A stretch of DNA of 64,000 nucleotides from Dictyostelium discoideum (GCA_000004695.1 CM000151.3:6272001-6336000), one strand, 5' to 3'. Shown: positions 1 through 11,620, counted from the stretch's first letter. A program made the numbers and translations. Notes: generated from the sequence alone by a model not told the origin.

Positions 1-282
1 ATCCGGTTATATTCGTTTAAAAGAAGGTTCATGTAATTTATATTCTTTTACTGGTATAACTACACAAGTTTAAATTATATTATTTAATAAAAATAAATAA
101 ATTTGATTTATTAAAAACATTATCAATACATTATTATTATTATAATTTAATTTTATTTAATTTTATTTTGATAATTATAATTAAGTTTAAAAATGAATCT
201 AAGATTAATTATTTTTTTTTAAATTTCTTAATTTTTTTTTTTTTCTTCTTTTTTTCTTTTGTTCATTTATTTATTAAATAAT

Positions 283-962
283 TTAAGTTGAACCAAAAAC
301 ATATTCACTAACTTTTGAAAAGAATGATGGTCTTGAGGGTGTTCCTAATGCATTATTATTTGAAAATGATTGTGGGTCATAATCTGATCTTGCTGGATGA
401 TATTTCTTTTCAATTGTTTTCAAAGAGTGATCACCAAGTTGTGATGGTTGTGCTTTAATTGGATCTGATTCATTTCTCTGTTAATTTTTTTCAAAAAAAA
501 TAAATAAATAAAAAATAATAAAAATAAAAAAGAGTTAGTTTTTTTTTTTAAAACTTTGGAATTATATAATTAATAAATACATACAATTTTTTCTTTACAA
601 GGTACAATACCAATCATACAATTTCCTAAAATTAAACCATTCTTTTTTAATAAATCGATTGAAGAATATTCAGATTCAAATTTCAAATAAATCCAATTAC
701 AATTTGGTTGTTGAGGATATTCAATCTCAATGATATTACCATATTTTGAGAGTTCATCAACGATTAAATCCGTTTTATCGTGAGAGAAACCAAATACAGT
801 TAACCAACGTTTATCATATTTATCTAAAAACATTTGAGTAATTTGTTGAGATGCTACACTTTGAACGAAAATATTACTAGTTGTTGGTGTAATTAAATTA
901 TTATTATTATTATTTTGTTGTTGTTGATTATTATAAGGTGTTGATTGTTGTTGTAGTTGTAG

Positions 963-993
<31 letters not shown>

Positions 994-1026
994 AGTTGTT
1001 GTAGTTGTTGTTGTTGTTGTAAATGA

Positions 1027-1105
<79 letters not shown>

Positions 1106-1958
1106 GGAATTGTTGTTGATTATAAATATTTAAAAATGGTGAATTCGTAGCTACTGTGCTATTATTATATACATTATTTTGTAATGGTGTTTGTGATTGA
1201 TTATTATTATTATAGAATGATGGTTGTTGATTATAAATACTTTGATTTAAATCTTGAGCTGATAAAGGTGATGATGTCTGTTGTTGTTGTTGTAATTGTT
1301 GATATTGTTGTTCAACTTGATTATATAGATAATTTTGAGTATTTTGTTGATGCTGTATATTTGCATTTCTTTGATGTAATCTTTGTTGTTGATTTTGTTG
1401 ATGTTGTGATAGAATCTGTTGTTTCAATTGCTTTGGTTCTTCATAGATCGAATTCACAGGAATTGATAATAAATCATTATTTTGATTATTTATTTGATTA
1501 TTGTTATTATTATTGTTGTTACTATTATTATTGCTATTGTTATTATTGTTATTATTATTATTATTATTACTATTATTTGTACCACTTATACTTGTACCAA
1601 TACCAAAACGTCTATTTAAATTTGGTGTATTCATATTTATATTTGAATTACCATCTTGATAACCAAAAGCATGATTTGAGGATGGACTTGATGATGATGA
1701 TGATGATGGTGGTTGATATGGTCCCATTGATCTACTATAATATGAAGAGTATGGTGTACCTGGTGTTTGAGAATTTGATGGACTTTGCATTTGATTTATT
1801 GGTGAATTAGTACTATGTGGTGGACTTGATAAATTACCAATATTATTCTTATCCTCATTACTCTTATCTTGTGATGAAAATATTCTACTTGGTATATATT
1901 GTCTATTTATTTCATTTGAATTTGAATTTAATTTTGATGAACTTGCATTTAAATTCAT
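283..1958 (-). CDS. Nup35/Nup53-like nucleoporin (RRM/MPPN-type domain). Two exons: 585..1958 and 283..477, intron 478..584
   Basis: ORF 570..1958 has a Q/N/S-rich N-terminal part and a C-terminal 'DKRWLTVFGFSHDKTDLIVDELSKYGNIIE..NWIYLKFESEY' region matching the Nup35/Nup53 RRM-like fold. The ORF ends with ...KEKI followed by GTATGT. A 107-bp AT-rich intron then ends in ...ttaacAG. It joins in phase 0 to a 64-codon exon (RNESDPIKAQPSQLGDHSLKT...SEYVFGST*) that stops with TAA at 283. The (CAA)n poly-Q tract is at ~938..1106. Confidence 0.6.
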
Positions 1959-2028
1959 TTTGTTTTATTTTATTTTATTTTATCAAATCCAAATATCACA
2001 AATCTTTCAAAAAAAAAAAAAAAGAAAA

Positions 2029-2082
2029 TAAAAAACAAATGAACTGTTGAAAATAAAAAACAAATGAACTGTTGACAATAAA
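2029..2082. promoter_or_regulatory. Tandem direct repeat 2 x 27 bp 'aaaaacaaatgaactgttga(a/c)aataaaa' in the short region between the Nup35-like start (1958) and the RtcA stop (2208)
   Basis: Seen directly. It is the only non-homopolymer block in this 250-bp spacer, which is the promoter side of the minus-strand Nup35-like gene. Confidence 0.35.
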
Positions 2083-2207
2083 AAAAAAATAAAAAAAAAA
2101 AAAATACAAAAAATCAAAAAAAAAAAAAAAAAAATTTGAAAAAAAAAAAAAAAAAAAAATAAAAATAGAAAAAAAAGGAAAGTCCAACGGTTATGAATTT
2201 TCATATT

Positions 2208-3509
2208 TTATTTTTCTTCACTATTTTGGTTATCAATAGTTGTAGTTGAAATTGTAGTGGTAGTTGTAGTAGTAGTAGTATTACTATTACTATTATTATT
2301 ATTATTATTTAAATCAGATGGAAAATAACTAATACCTTCACAAGTTATTAAATTTGTTTCTTCACCAGATTGAGTATTATTAGTTAATGGTGTAATTGTA
2401 AAAATAGCACCAGTCATTAAAGATGTTATATGAATTGAAGTTTGAGTATGTAATGAGATTGGACCAGTTTTAATTTGACTTTTACCTTTTGCTAAAGCCA
2501 TGAAAATGATTAATTGATCTTGAAGGTATTCATCCATACAACCACCATCTTGCAAATCTTTGAGTAAAGAATTTGCAGCATCTTCTGCGACTTTTTCAGC
2601 AGGTACACCAATTGCACCATTTCCAGTTGCACCAAATATACAACCTTGGTCGGTGTATGCCCTAATTTCAATGAATGTACCATCACCAAAACTAAATTTA
2701 CTCACATCGATTAACTCTGTTTCAACATCCACCTTTTTAAAATCCTTTTTTATTAATTTCTTTGCAGTGTTATTCATCCTCTCTGCTACCAATGGTGATA
2801 TTCTAGGCGACGTGAAATAGGACTTGATTACAATTCTATTCACCTCACCCTTATTCACTATGGTGATTGGCGAGAGTGGTTGTGTGAGTGGTTGGGTTGT
2901 CAATGTGACAGCGCCGCCGCCCTTTGGGTAGAACCCTCTTTTATCAATACTCATCTCACATTTAAATCCCATAGTTGTTGCAATTGGTAGGAAAACATTT
3001 TGAATATAGTCTGCAGCTGGTGCAAAATCACAATTTGTTCCACCACCCAATACCATCTTTGTGGAATGTGGTGCAAAGATTAAACATGGTAATGAAACTT
3101 GAATCATCAAACAAATACTACCAGCTGTTTTAGTATCAGCTTCAATTACACCATCATCTTGAATTGTCTTTTGTGTTGGTTGATAATAAAGTTTACATGA
3201 ACCAACACTACAACCTGTTAAATGAGCTTTAAATAAACGTGACATTAAATCAATACCAGCTTTATGTTGATTTTTCAATCCTGGTTGATCTCTATTATAC
3301 CTAATCTTTTCAATTGAAATGGCTTTATTAAATAATGATGCTAATGCAACTGAATTTCTTAAAATTTGACCACCACCTTCTAAAATTGATCCATCAATTT
3401 TAAAATCTGGTTTTTCTTCAATTGTTTGTTGTTGTTGTGCTACTGTGGTATCATTATTTGTTTTTGATTTTTTAAATTGATTTTTATTATAATTTTTATT
3501 TTTACCCAT
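2208..3509 (-). CDS. RNA 3'-terminal phosphate cyclase (RtcA/RTCA orthologue), single exon, 433 aa
   Basis: Matches the RtcA family: 'IDGSILEGGGQILRNSVALASL', 'ADTKTAGSICLMIQVSLPC', 'RGFYPKGGGAV', 'GGCMDEYLQDQLIIFMALAKGKSQIKTGPISLHTQTSIH'. The His of the ...LHTQT motif is retained, which argues for the RtcA type rather than the catalytically dead RCL1 type. Low-complexity N- and C-terminal extensions (poly-T, poly-N). Confidence 0.9.
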   Translation of the reverse strand: MGKNKNYNKNQFKKSKTNNDTTVAQQQQTIEEKPDFKIDGSILEGGGQILRNSVALASLFNKAISIEKIRYNRDQPGLKNQHKAGIDLMSRLFKAHLTGCSVGSCKLYYQPTQKTIQDDGVIEADTKTAGSICLMIQVSLPCLIFAPHSTKMVLGGGTNCDFAPAADYIQNVFLPIATTMGFKCEMSIDKRGFYPKGGGAVTLTTQPLTQPLSPITIVNKGEVNRIVIKSYFTSPRISPLVAERMNNTAKKLIKKDFKKVDVETELIDVSKFSFGDGTFIEIRAYTDQGCIFGATGNGAIGVPAEKVAEDAANSLLKDLQDGGCMDEYLQDQLIIFMALAKGKSQIKTGPISLHTQTSIHITSLMTGAIFTITPLTNNTQSGEETNLITCEGISYFPSDLNNNNNNSNSNTTTTTTTTTISTTTIDNQNSEEK

Positions 3510-3569
3510 AATTATTTGATTTTTAATATATCTTTTTTTTTATTTTTCAAAAATGAAAAAAAATTTTTG

Positions 3570-3610
<41 letters not shown>

Positions 3611-3917
3611 AATAACCAAAAAAGTGAGAAAAAATTAAAAATAAAAAAAGAAAAAAAATATAAAACAGAAAATTTTATTTATTTTTATTTTTATTTTTAT
3701 TTAAGAATTAATTTTTTGAAATTTCGGAAAAAAATAATAATAACAAAGAAAAGGTTAACGATGGTCAAAAAAAAAAAAAAAAAAAAATTAAAAAAAAAAA
3801 TATTAAAACTATGATTTAGGAAATTAGAAAGAGTTGGAATTCCAATAATTTTTTAATTTTTAAAACTTTTTAATTTTTTATTTAATTTCTTGGTTTTTTT
3901 TTTTTTTTTTTTTTTTT

Positions 3918-5640
3918 TTAAGTTGAATTTCTTCTTCTATGATTTGAATTAAAGGGTTTTGCTTCTGCTAAATAATTTTTATTTAATTCCAAAAGACTTT
4001 GAAAGTTTACATATAAAAAGTCATCAAAATTTGCATTTGTATTTTGATTGATTGTAATTGAATCTAAATTTGATGTTGTTGCAGTTGCAGTTGCAGTAGT
4101 GGAAGAAGTTGATGGAGGTGAAGTTGTTAAAATAGTGGAAGATTCCTTATTTTGATTTTGATTTTGAACAAAAGGTTTACAAGATTCAGCGAAATCATCA
4201 GAAACTTTATAAATTTCTTTTCTTGGATCAAAGTAACTTGTATCTTGGAGATTTTCAATCTTTGGTTTAAAGTATGGTTCTTGAGTTAAAATTGTTTTCC
4301 AATTTATTGATTTAAAGAATGGATGAGATTTAATTTCTTCAGCACCATTAAAACCTAATCTTTGTCTTGGGTCTAAAGCTAACAATTTATCAATTAAATC
4401 TCTTGCTTCAGGACTCATATCTTCAGGCCAAGAAATATTTCTTTGAAGAATATTTTGAAAAGTTTCTTGAACACTTGAACCATTAAATGGAGAAACTCCA
4501 CAAAGAAATTCATAAAGTATAACACCTAATGAAAACCAATCAGCTGATGCACCATGACCAATTCCTAAAAGAATTTCAGGTGCTAAATAATCTGGTGTAC
4601 CAACACAACTTAATTTTCTATGTATATTATGTGGTGGTAATGGTGGTGTTGTTTGTTGTTGTTGTTGAGATTGTTGTTGAGATTGTTGACCAGTAGTTGT
4701 AGTGGTTGTAGTTGTAGTAGTTGTAGGAATATTTGAAATTGGTTGTTGATTAATTGGTGGTGGTGGTATAAATCCTTTTACACCCATCATCATTGGAGAT
4801 ATTGGTTTATCACTATTCAATAAATTTAATGAAGGAATTGATGGTGAAGATGATGCTGAAAATAATGACTTAGATTGAGCTAATGATAATAATTTCTTTT
4901 CTTTCTTTGCTGGTATTGCAGTATTGCTTGGAATTGGAGTTTCAGTATTAATAACATGACCACCTACCATCGTTGCTCCAGTTGTATTGTTGTTATTGTT
5001 ATTGTTATTTGTACTACTAATATTTGAACCAATAGTATTAGAACCACCAATATTTGATACTGATGATGATGATGATGATTGATTATTTTTACCAGATAAA
5101 GTTGGACTAAAATAAGAAGGTGGTACAACAGTTTGTCTATCTAATAATCCAACCTTACTAAGACCAAAATCTGTTAATTTTATATGGCCTTTCTTATCTA
5201 TTAAAAGATTATCAGGTTTAACATCACGATGAACAATACCATGACTATGTAAATATTCTAATGCCAAGACAGTCTCTGCAATGATCATTTTTGCCATATT
5301 TTCATCCATTGACCCTAACATTTGTAATAATGAAAAGCAATCACCACCTTGTAAATATTCCATAACCAAATAATAATATTCCTTTGTTTGAAATGAATAA
5401 TACATCTTTACAACAAATGGATTACTTGTATAGGCTAAAATATTTCTTTCAACTTTGACATGATCCAATTGGTTCTTCTTTATCATATCAGATTTCTTTA
5501 ATCTCTTTATTGCATAAATATCACCAGTTCTAATCTTTTTAGCTAAAAATACTTTTCCATATCCACCTTTTGTAATTGGTTTAATAAATTCAAAATCTGA
5601 TATAGTTGGTACACCTTTTGGTTTATATTCAATTTGCTAA

Positions 5641-5692
<52 letters not shown>

Positions 5693-6141
5693 CAGTATCA
5701 AAAAATATTATTATTTTGTTATTTGTTATTATAGTTTTTTTTTTTTTTTTTTAATATTTACAGTTTGATGAACAGGATCAGAATCAGATCTTAATCTACC
5801 GCCTAATGGAGTTTGAGATAATTCTTCTTCTCTTGGTGATTTTAAAATTCTTGGTGAATTAGTTCTAAAAATTCTTGGTGAAGAATTAATTACATCATCG
5901 GCTCTTTTCAATGCATTTACTTTATCAGAGATTAAACTTTGAATTTTTATTGCCAATTCTCTATTATCATCTTTTGGATCAAAATTTTTAATAATATCAT
6001 TCATAATATGAATCATTTTTAAATTTTCTTTAATTCCATTTTCAACTGCAAATAATGCAATTTCTCTTAATTCTATAATCATTTTCTATATTAAATAAAA
6101 AAATAAATAAATAAGAAAAAAGTTAATAAAAAATAATAAAT

Positions 6142-6177
<36 letters not shown>

Positions 6178-6614
6178 ACATACTCTTTTTTCGTGTGGAA
6201 TATCATTTGATCTTGTTAATAAAATCTTTGCAACAGCTCTTAAATGATCATCAACATTCATGGCTTTCATATCTTCTTCATTTGCCATTGCACATATTTT
6301 AGAATGATCCTCTAATAACGATGAATGAATTGGTTCTTCACAAATTCTACACATTGCCATTTGACTATCATCGTTATGGTCTTCAATCAATTTAACAGAT
6401 GGTATCTCTGAAAATGATCTTGCTAATTTTCTATATGGTTCTTTTTTAATTTGTTCCTCTTCTTTGTTTGGACTAAAACTTTTTGATCTAACTAATGGCT
6501 GTTGTTGTTGTTGTTGTAAATTTAATTTTTTAAAATTATATTTTTTTGATTGTTTATAATTTATTATACAAAAATTTGGTATTCCATTTTCATTTTCATT
6601 TTTATTATTTTTAA

Positions 6615-6651
<37 letters not shown>

Positions 6652-6840
6652 TGGTTGAAATGGAATTTGTGAAATTTTTAATTTTTTACATGGTGAATTA
6701 TGTGGTGATGAAATTGGTGATGATGTTGGTGAGGGAATGATTGATATTAAAATAAAATTAATTAAAATTAAAAAGAAATTATTATTATTATTGTTAAGAT
6801 TATTTTTTATTTTATTATTGTTAGTATTATTTCGATTCAT
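3918..6840 (-). CDS. MAST-family (microtubule-associated Ser/Thr kinase-like) AGC protein kinase, ~899 aa. Exons 6184..6840, 5762..6085, 3918..5636; introns 6086..6183 and 5637..5761
   Basis: Exon 3 carries a complete kinase domain. 'FEFIKPITKGGYGKVFLAKKIRTGDIYAIKRLKK' (subdomains I-II) lies just 5' of the ORF-track start. Downstream are 'HRDVKPDNLLIDKKGHIKLTDFGLSK', a ~250-aa low-complexity insert, then 'CVGTPDYLAPEILLG' and the AGC tail 'FFKSINWKTILTQEPYFKPK..DTSYFDPRKE' (MAST-like). The N-terminal exons (CRICEEPIHSSLLEDHSKICA...; ..IALFAVENGIKENLKMIHIMNDII..) resemble the MAST pre-kinase (DUF1908-type) region. Splice sites: ...AAAAGA|GTATGT ... atatAG|AAAATG; ...CAAACT|GTAAAT ...(AAAT)n... 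ttAG|CAAATT. All three junctions are phase 0. Confidence 0.8.
5639..5691. repeat. (AAAT)n microsatellite inside kinase intron 2
   Basis: About 13 perfect taaa/aaat units at 5639..5691. Confidence 0.9.
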
Positions 6841-7119
6841 TTAATTAATTCAATTCAGAAAAAAAAAATTTAAAAAATAAAAAAAAAAAATAATTACCCT
6901 CTTTAAAATATATTCGTCACTAGATGTTTTCTAAAAAAAAAAAAAAAAAAAAAAAATAATTAATTAATTTGGTTAATATTGTTTCCAGGAAAAAGTTAGA
7001 TATTTTTTTGATTAAAAAAATAAAAAATAAAAAAAAAAAAATTTATAAAATCCATTATCATAAAAGTGTTTTTTGTAAAAAAAAAAAAAAAAGAAAAATT
7101 AAAAATAAAAATAATTTGA

Positions 7120-7551
7120 TTAGTGAATTAAATATCTTACCAAATCATTTAGTCTTGGGTCTAATAAAAATACAGGTGACTCGTAAGGTTTACGAGAAAG
7201 TGGTGAATTTGCAGATAGGGAGTGATGAACATGTGTTTTTTTGAATGGACGTTTATTTTTTAATTTTCTCTCACTAATTTCATAATGGTTTGTGTTGTAA
7301 ATGTTATCATCATCCTCATCCTCTTCTTCATCCTCTCCACTAGTACTCGTAGTATATTCATCATGTTCTTCTGATGTTGAAAGGGTTTCTTCTTCAGATG
7401 ATGATGATAATAAATTTTCTTCACTTCCAACCACTTTTTTTGTAATTTCACCGCCACCACCCCCAACATTTGTTTCTAATGGGGTTGGAATAATATCTTT
7501 TGAATGAATTGGTTCTTTAATATTTAAATTTGTTTCATTTTTTGAATAAAT
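7120..7551 (-). CDS. Candidate 3' exon (acidic S/E/D-rich tail) of the 7629..9930 gene
   Basis: An open frame starts right after ...ttaattAG at ~7552 (IYSKNETNLNIKEPIHSKDIIPTPLETNVGGGGGEITKK..SEEHDEYTTSTSGEDEEEDEDDD..). It would join in phase 0 to a possible GTAGGT donor after ...RRVSDI at ~7663. A further GTAAGA donor follows ..NDL at ~7128. Speculative. Confidence 0.25.
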   Translation of the reverse strand: MYSKNETNLNIKEPIHSKDIIPTPLETNVGGGGGEITKKVVGSEENLLSSSSEEETLSTSEEHDEYTTSTSGEDEEEDEDDDNIYNTNHYEISERKLKNKRPFKKTHVHHSLSANSPLSRKPYESPVFLLDPRLNDLVRYLIH

Positions 7552-7628
7552 CTAATTAAAAAATTAAAAAAATTAAAAAAAAAAATAAAGACATTAGTGT
7601 TTGCAAATATTTGCATTTTTAATAACAT

Positions 7629-7820
7629 TTAAAAAAATAAAAAATTTATAATAAAACCTACAATATCAGAAACCCTTCTAGAAAGTAAAGGTGGTTTAAT
7701 AGTTGATGGAGTTTCAAGTGATTGAGTAGGTTGGCTTGATAATGGGGTTGTTAAGATATTATTATTTGCTGAAATTGTTTGTGGTGAAGTAATCGATTGT
7801 GGTGGAGGTGGTTGGGCAAT

Positions 7821-7906
<86 letters not shown>

Positions 7907-8481
7907 GCTGCTTACTAATTTCGTTTGAAATATTTGAAGAACTAATTGGTAAAGGTGGTAAAAGATTTGAAGGAGGTGATTTTTGTATTTCAAACTTTAC
8001 ATATTTTTGAGGTTCTTGTTGTTTTTGTTCTTGTTCTTTTTGTTGTTCTTTTTGTTGTTCTTTTTGTTGTTCTTTTTGTTGTTCTTTTTGTTCTTTTTGT
8101 TGTTCTTTTTGTTGTTGTTGTGGTGGTGGTAGTGGTGGAGAAGGACGCTTAATTGGGGAAGGTTTACCATTTTTCAACTTAATTTGTTGATTAACTAGTT
8201 TTTGTTGTAATTGTTGTTCTAATAACTTTGGTGAATAGGATAAACATCTATAGTGTGATTTTTGAAAGTTTATTGGGTTTTTTTCAAAAATTTCTTTACA
8301 AGAGATACCTGAAGTATTAGAAAGATCAACATCATCAACACCATTGAGTTGATCTTTATCTTTATTACTAACTATATCAATGATTTCTTTATCATCTTTA
8401 TCATCATGATCTAAAAATGGTTGTAGTTTTGGTGATGGAATTGTTGCTTGTATTGTTTGATGAGTTGGAGAAATTGTTTTA

Positions 8482-8537
<56 letters not shown>

Positions 8538-9029
8538 TTCATCAATTCTATTCAATTCAAAATCATATAGTTGATCAAAACCATTATTTTTATTTATTGA
8601 AGATGAAGGGGATCTATCTTTTGATTCAATACCAAGTAATTGATTAACTCTTGCATATTTTGCAATGATTGTTAAAAGTTTAATTACCAATTCTCTACAT
8701 TTACCTAAGATTTTAAATTGTGTTGAATTTAAAATTGATAGTAATTCTTCAGCAAAGCTTTCATATTGAATCTCCTCTTGTTTACAAAATAAACTAGCTA
8801 TATCAATTAATCTTTTAGTTACATCTATATAAATTTGTGATGATTCTAATTCAATTGATGAATTTCTTAAAGTTCTTTTGGCATCCACAATAAAGAGTTG
8901 TAGTCTACCATCTGTATCTTGTTTATTAATTTTTATTATATTTTGTTGTTGACTATTGTACATTGTTGTTATATTTTTTCCACTTCTTCTTAAATCAATT
9001 GATTTATTATTTTTATTATTATTTTTAAA

Positions 9030-9123
<94 letters not shown>

Positions 9124-9145
9124 GTATTATTATTGTTATTATTAA

Positions 9146-9185
<40 letters not shown>

Positions 9186-9350
9186 TATTACATTATCATT
9201 ATTATTTTTATTATTATTTTGATTTACAATTTTTATATTTTTCGTACTATTTATATTATTACTATTCGAAATTACAATCTGGATTATGATGCTCCAATTC
9301 CTTTTTTGAAGGATTTGCCTCTGCATTTTTAAAAATGTTTTTATTATCAT
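7629..9350 (-). CDS. Low-complexity poly-N/poly-Q protein with a (QQKEQ)n repeat and a non-repetitive helical core; 573-aa ORF
   Basis: Long ORF. Non-repetitive core: 'TMYNSQQQNIIKINKQDTDGRLQLFIVDAKRTLRNSSIELESSQIYIDVTKRLIDIASLFCKQEEIQYESFAEELLSILNSTQFKILGKCRELVIKLLTIIAKYARVNQLLGIE'. A (QQKEQ)n repeat and a poly-Q (TTG)n tract (7822..7908 on the plus strand) are also present. The true 5' end is uncertain: the first ~30 codons look like read-through, and the frame overlaps ORF 9262..9930. Confidence 0.5.
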
Positions 9351-9930
9351 TCTCTGGATCTAGAGATGGTAATGGAAGACTTCCTTTTCTTAGTCTTCTA
9401 ATTGGTGACGGTGTATCATTATTTTTATTATTATTTTTATTATTGTTGTTATTATTATTTATATTATTATTAATGCTATTATTTATATTATTATTATTAT
9501 AATTATGATTATTATAATTATTATTTTTATTCGTATTCGTACTTTTATTATTAATATTATTATCGTTAATAATATTATTATTTTTATTGTTATTATTTAT
9601 GTTAATAGTATTATTTTTTATAATATTAATATTATTATTTTCGTTTATATTATTATTATTATTTCGAGGTGATGATATTAAAGAATTATCGGAAATTGAA
9701 TTTGAAGAAGAAATTATTGGTTTAAAACAATCTGAACCACTAGATTTATTCAATTTAGTATCACTTTCTCTTCTTGATGTTTTGGAACCGGTTGGAATAT
9801 TTCCAATTTCAATATTTTCTTGTTTTAATAACCTATTCAATGCTAAAATTGGCGATTCTTTTGAACTATTACTATTATTACCATTGCTACTGTTGCTATT
9901 ATTATTTTCATTTGAATGATTAATGTTCAT
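9262..9930 (-). CDS. N/S-rich ORF with a genuine ATG at 9930; probably the 5' part of the same gene as 7629..9350, in a different frame
   Basis: ATGAACATTAATCATTCAAATG start. The 222-aa ORF ends ..HNPDCNFE* at 9262 and overlaps the next ORF by 89 bp in another frame. No intron of plausible length (>=60 bp) can be fitted between them. Confidence 0.4.
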   Translation of the reverse strand: MNINHSNENNNSNSSNGNNSNSSKESPILALNRLLKQENIEIGNIPTGSKTSRRESDTKLNKSSGSDCFKPIISSSNSISDNSLISSPRNNNNNINENNNINIIKNNTININNNNKNNNIINDNNINNKSTNTNKNNNYNNHNYNNNNINNSINNNINNNNNNNKNNNKNNDTPSPIRRLRKGSLPLPSLDPENDNKNIFKNAEANPSKKELEHHNPDCNFE

Positions 9931-9936
9931 TCTAAA

Positions 9937-9976
<40 letters not shown>

Positions 9977-10627
9977 TATTTTTTTTTTTATTATTTTTGT
10001 TTTTATTATTTTTATTTTTTTTGTTTTTATTATTTTTATTATTTTTTTTTTTTTGATTAATGAAAAATTTTATTTTAGATTAGTTTACTAAATTTTTTTT
10101 TTTTTTTAATAGTATTAATTAATTATAAAAAATTTGTAACAATAACAATAAAAAAATAAAATAAAAAATAATATTAAAAAATAATATTAAAAAAAAAAAA
10201 AAAATAATAAAATGGAATAAAATAAAAAAAATAAATTTAATTTTTTTTTTTTTTATTATTTATAAATAATTGTTAATTTTTTCACAATTGTTTCAAATTT
10301 CAATTAAATTAATTTTTAAAATATGAAGATAATCATACAAAATATAGTATATGTACATTTATGTATAAAAATTTTTTAAATTGTGAGGGTTATTTTTAAA
10401 TTTCCTAAAACAAAAAAAATAAAATAATTAACGAGAGTGAATGAATGTATGTGTGATTATTATTATTATTATTTTTATTATTATTATTGTTTTTTTTTTA
10501 TTCTATTATTTCTATACAATTGACTGTCTTAATTACCCACACCCCATAAAAAAAAACAAAATAATATCAAATGGTTTAAACTATTTGAATAGAAAATAAA
10601 AATAATAACAAAAATTTTAATACCATT

Positions 10628-10661
<34 letters not shown>

Positions 10662-10740
10662 AAACATTAAAATAAAATTTTAAACTTTAATGGAAATTAA
10701 ACTATAAAAAAAAATTATATTTTATTTTTCAGTTTTAAAG

Positions 10741-10870
10741 ATAGGGGGATTTTGTGTGGTGTGAATGAATTAATATGGACTAGTATGTGTGGTTGTGGGT
10801 GTTTTTTATTTTTTTTTTGTTTAAAAGTGTGTGGAGAATGTGTTTTAGAATGAGAGTTGTGTGTTTTTGT
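10741..10870. promoter_or_regulatory. G/GT-rich island (GGGGG, GTGTGG, GTGGTTGTGGGTG, GTGTGTGGAG, GTTGTGTGTT) embedded in a >2-kb A/T desert. Similar islands lie at 16040..16075 (upstream of spnA), 45237..45275 and 45776..45800
   Basis: Local G+C and GT-dinucleotide content jumps sharply against a >85% A+T background. This resembles the G/GT-rich (CA-rich on the other strand) boxes bound by G-box-binding factor in Dictyostelium developmental promoters. Confidence 0.3.
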
Positions 10871-11297
10871 ATGAACCGATTTTTATAAATATAAATATGG
10901 ACATTAGATAAAAAAAATGTAAATAAATAAGAATAACCTATCTATTTTATGTATGTATATATCTGTATGTGTTTGGGGAATTTTTTTTATTTTTTTTTAA
11001 AATAATTGAAAATAAATTATTATAATAATTTGATTATTTTTGAAATGAGATTATCTTTATAGTAGTAAAAAAAATTCTTTTTTTTTTTTTTTTTTGCTAT
11101 ACTATTACTCTTACCTCTATAATTTTTTTTTTAATTTTCAATTTCTATATTTTTTTTTTTATCCTTTTTTTTTTTTATTTTTTTAAAGATTTTTTTTTTT
11201 TCTTTTAAAAAATTATTATTATATTTATTATTATTAAATACACTTTTTTTTTTTTTTAATGTATATTACTTTATTATTATATTATTATTATTATTAA

Positions 11298-11367
<70 letters not shown>

Positions 11368-11587
11368 TACTATCTCAATTTTATAAAAACTAAAAACTAA
11401 AAAAAAAAAAAAAAATAAAAAAAAAAATAAAAAAAAAGGAAGTAACTTTAATTTTTTTTTTTTTTATTTTATTTTATTTTATTTTTTTTTTTTTTTCTTT
11501 TTATAAATTAAAAAAACTAATATTGTTTTATATATTTTTTTTTTTTTCTTGATAAAGATTTTTACTTAAAACAAATGGTGGTTGTTG

Positions 11588-11620
<33 letters not shown>

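Noticed and set aside
938-1810. Plus-strand ORFs 938..1150 (poly-V) and 1184..1810 (Y/C/V-rich) opposite the Nup35-like gene
   Set aside because: They are alternative-frame or antisense readings of (CAA)n/(AAT)n triplet repeats, with no start context and no domain content. Artefacts.
2560-2820. Plus-strand 86-aa ORF inside the RtcA gene
   Set aside because: It is antisense to a strongly conserved RtcA region; a chance open frame.
7751-9222. ORFs 7751..7993 -, 7946..8152 +, 8417..8647 +, 8956..9222 + (poly-N, poly-L, poly-Y)
   Set aside because: Homopolymeric translations of (AAT)n/(TTG)n tracts inside the 7629..9350 gene. No independent evidence.
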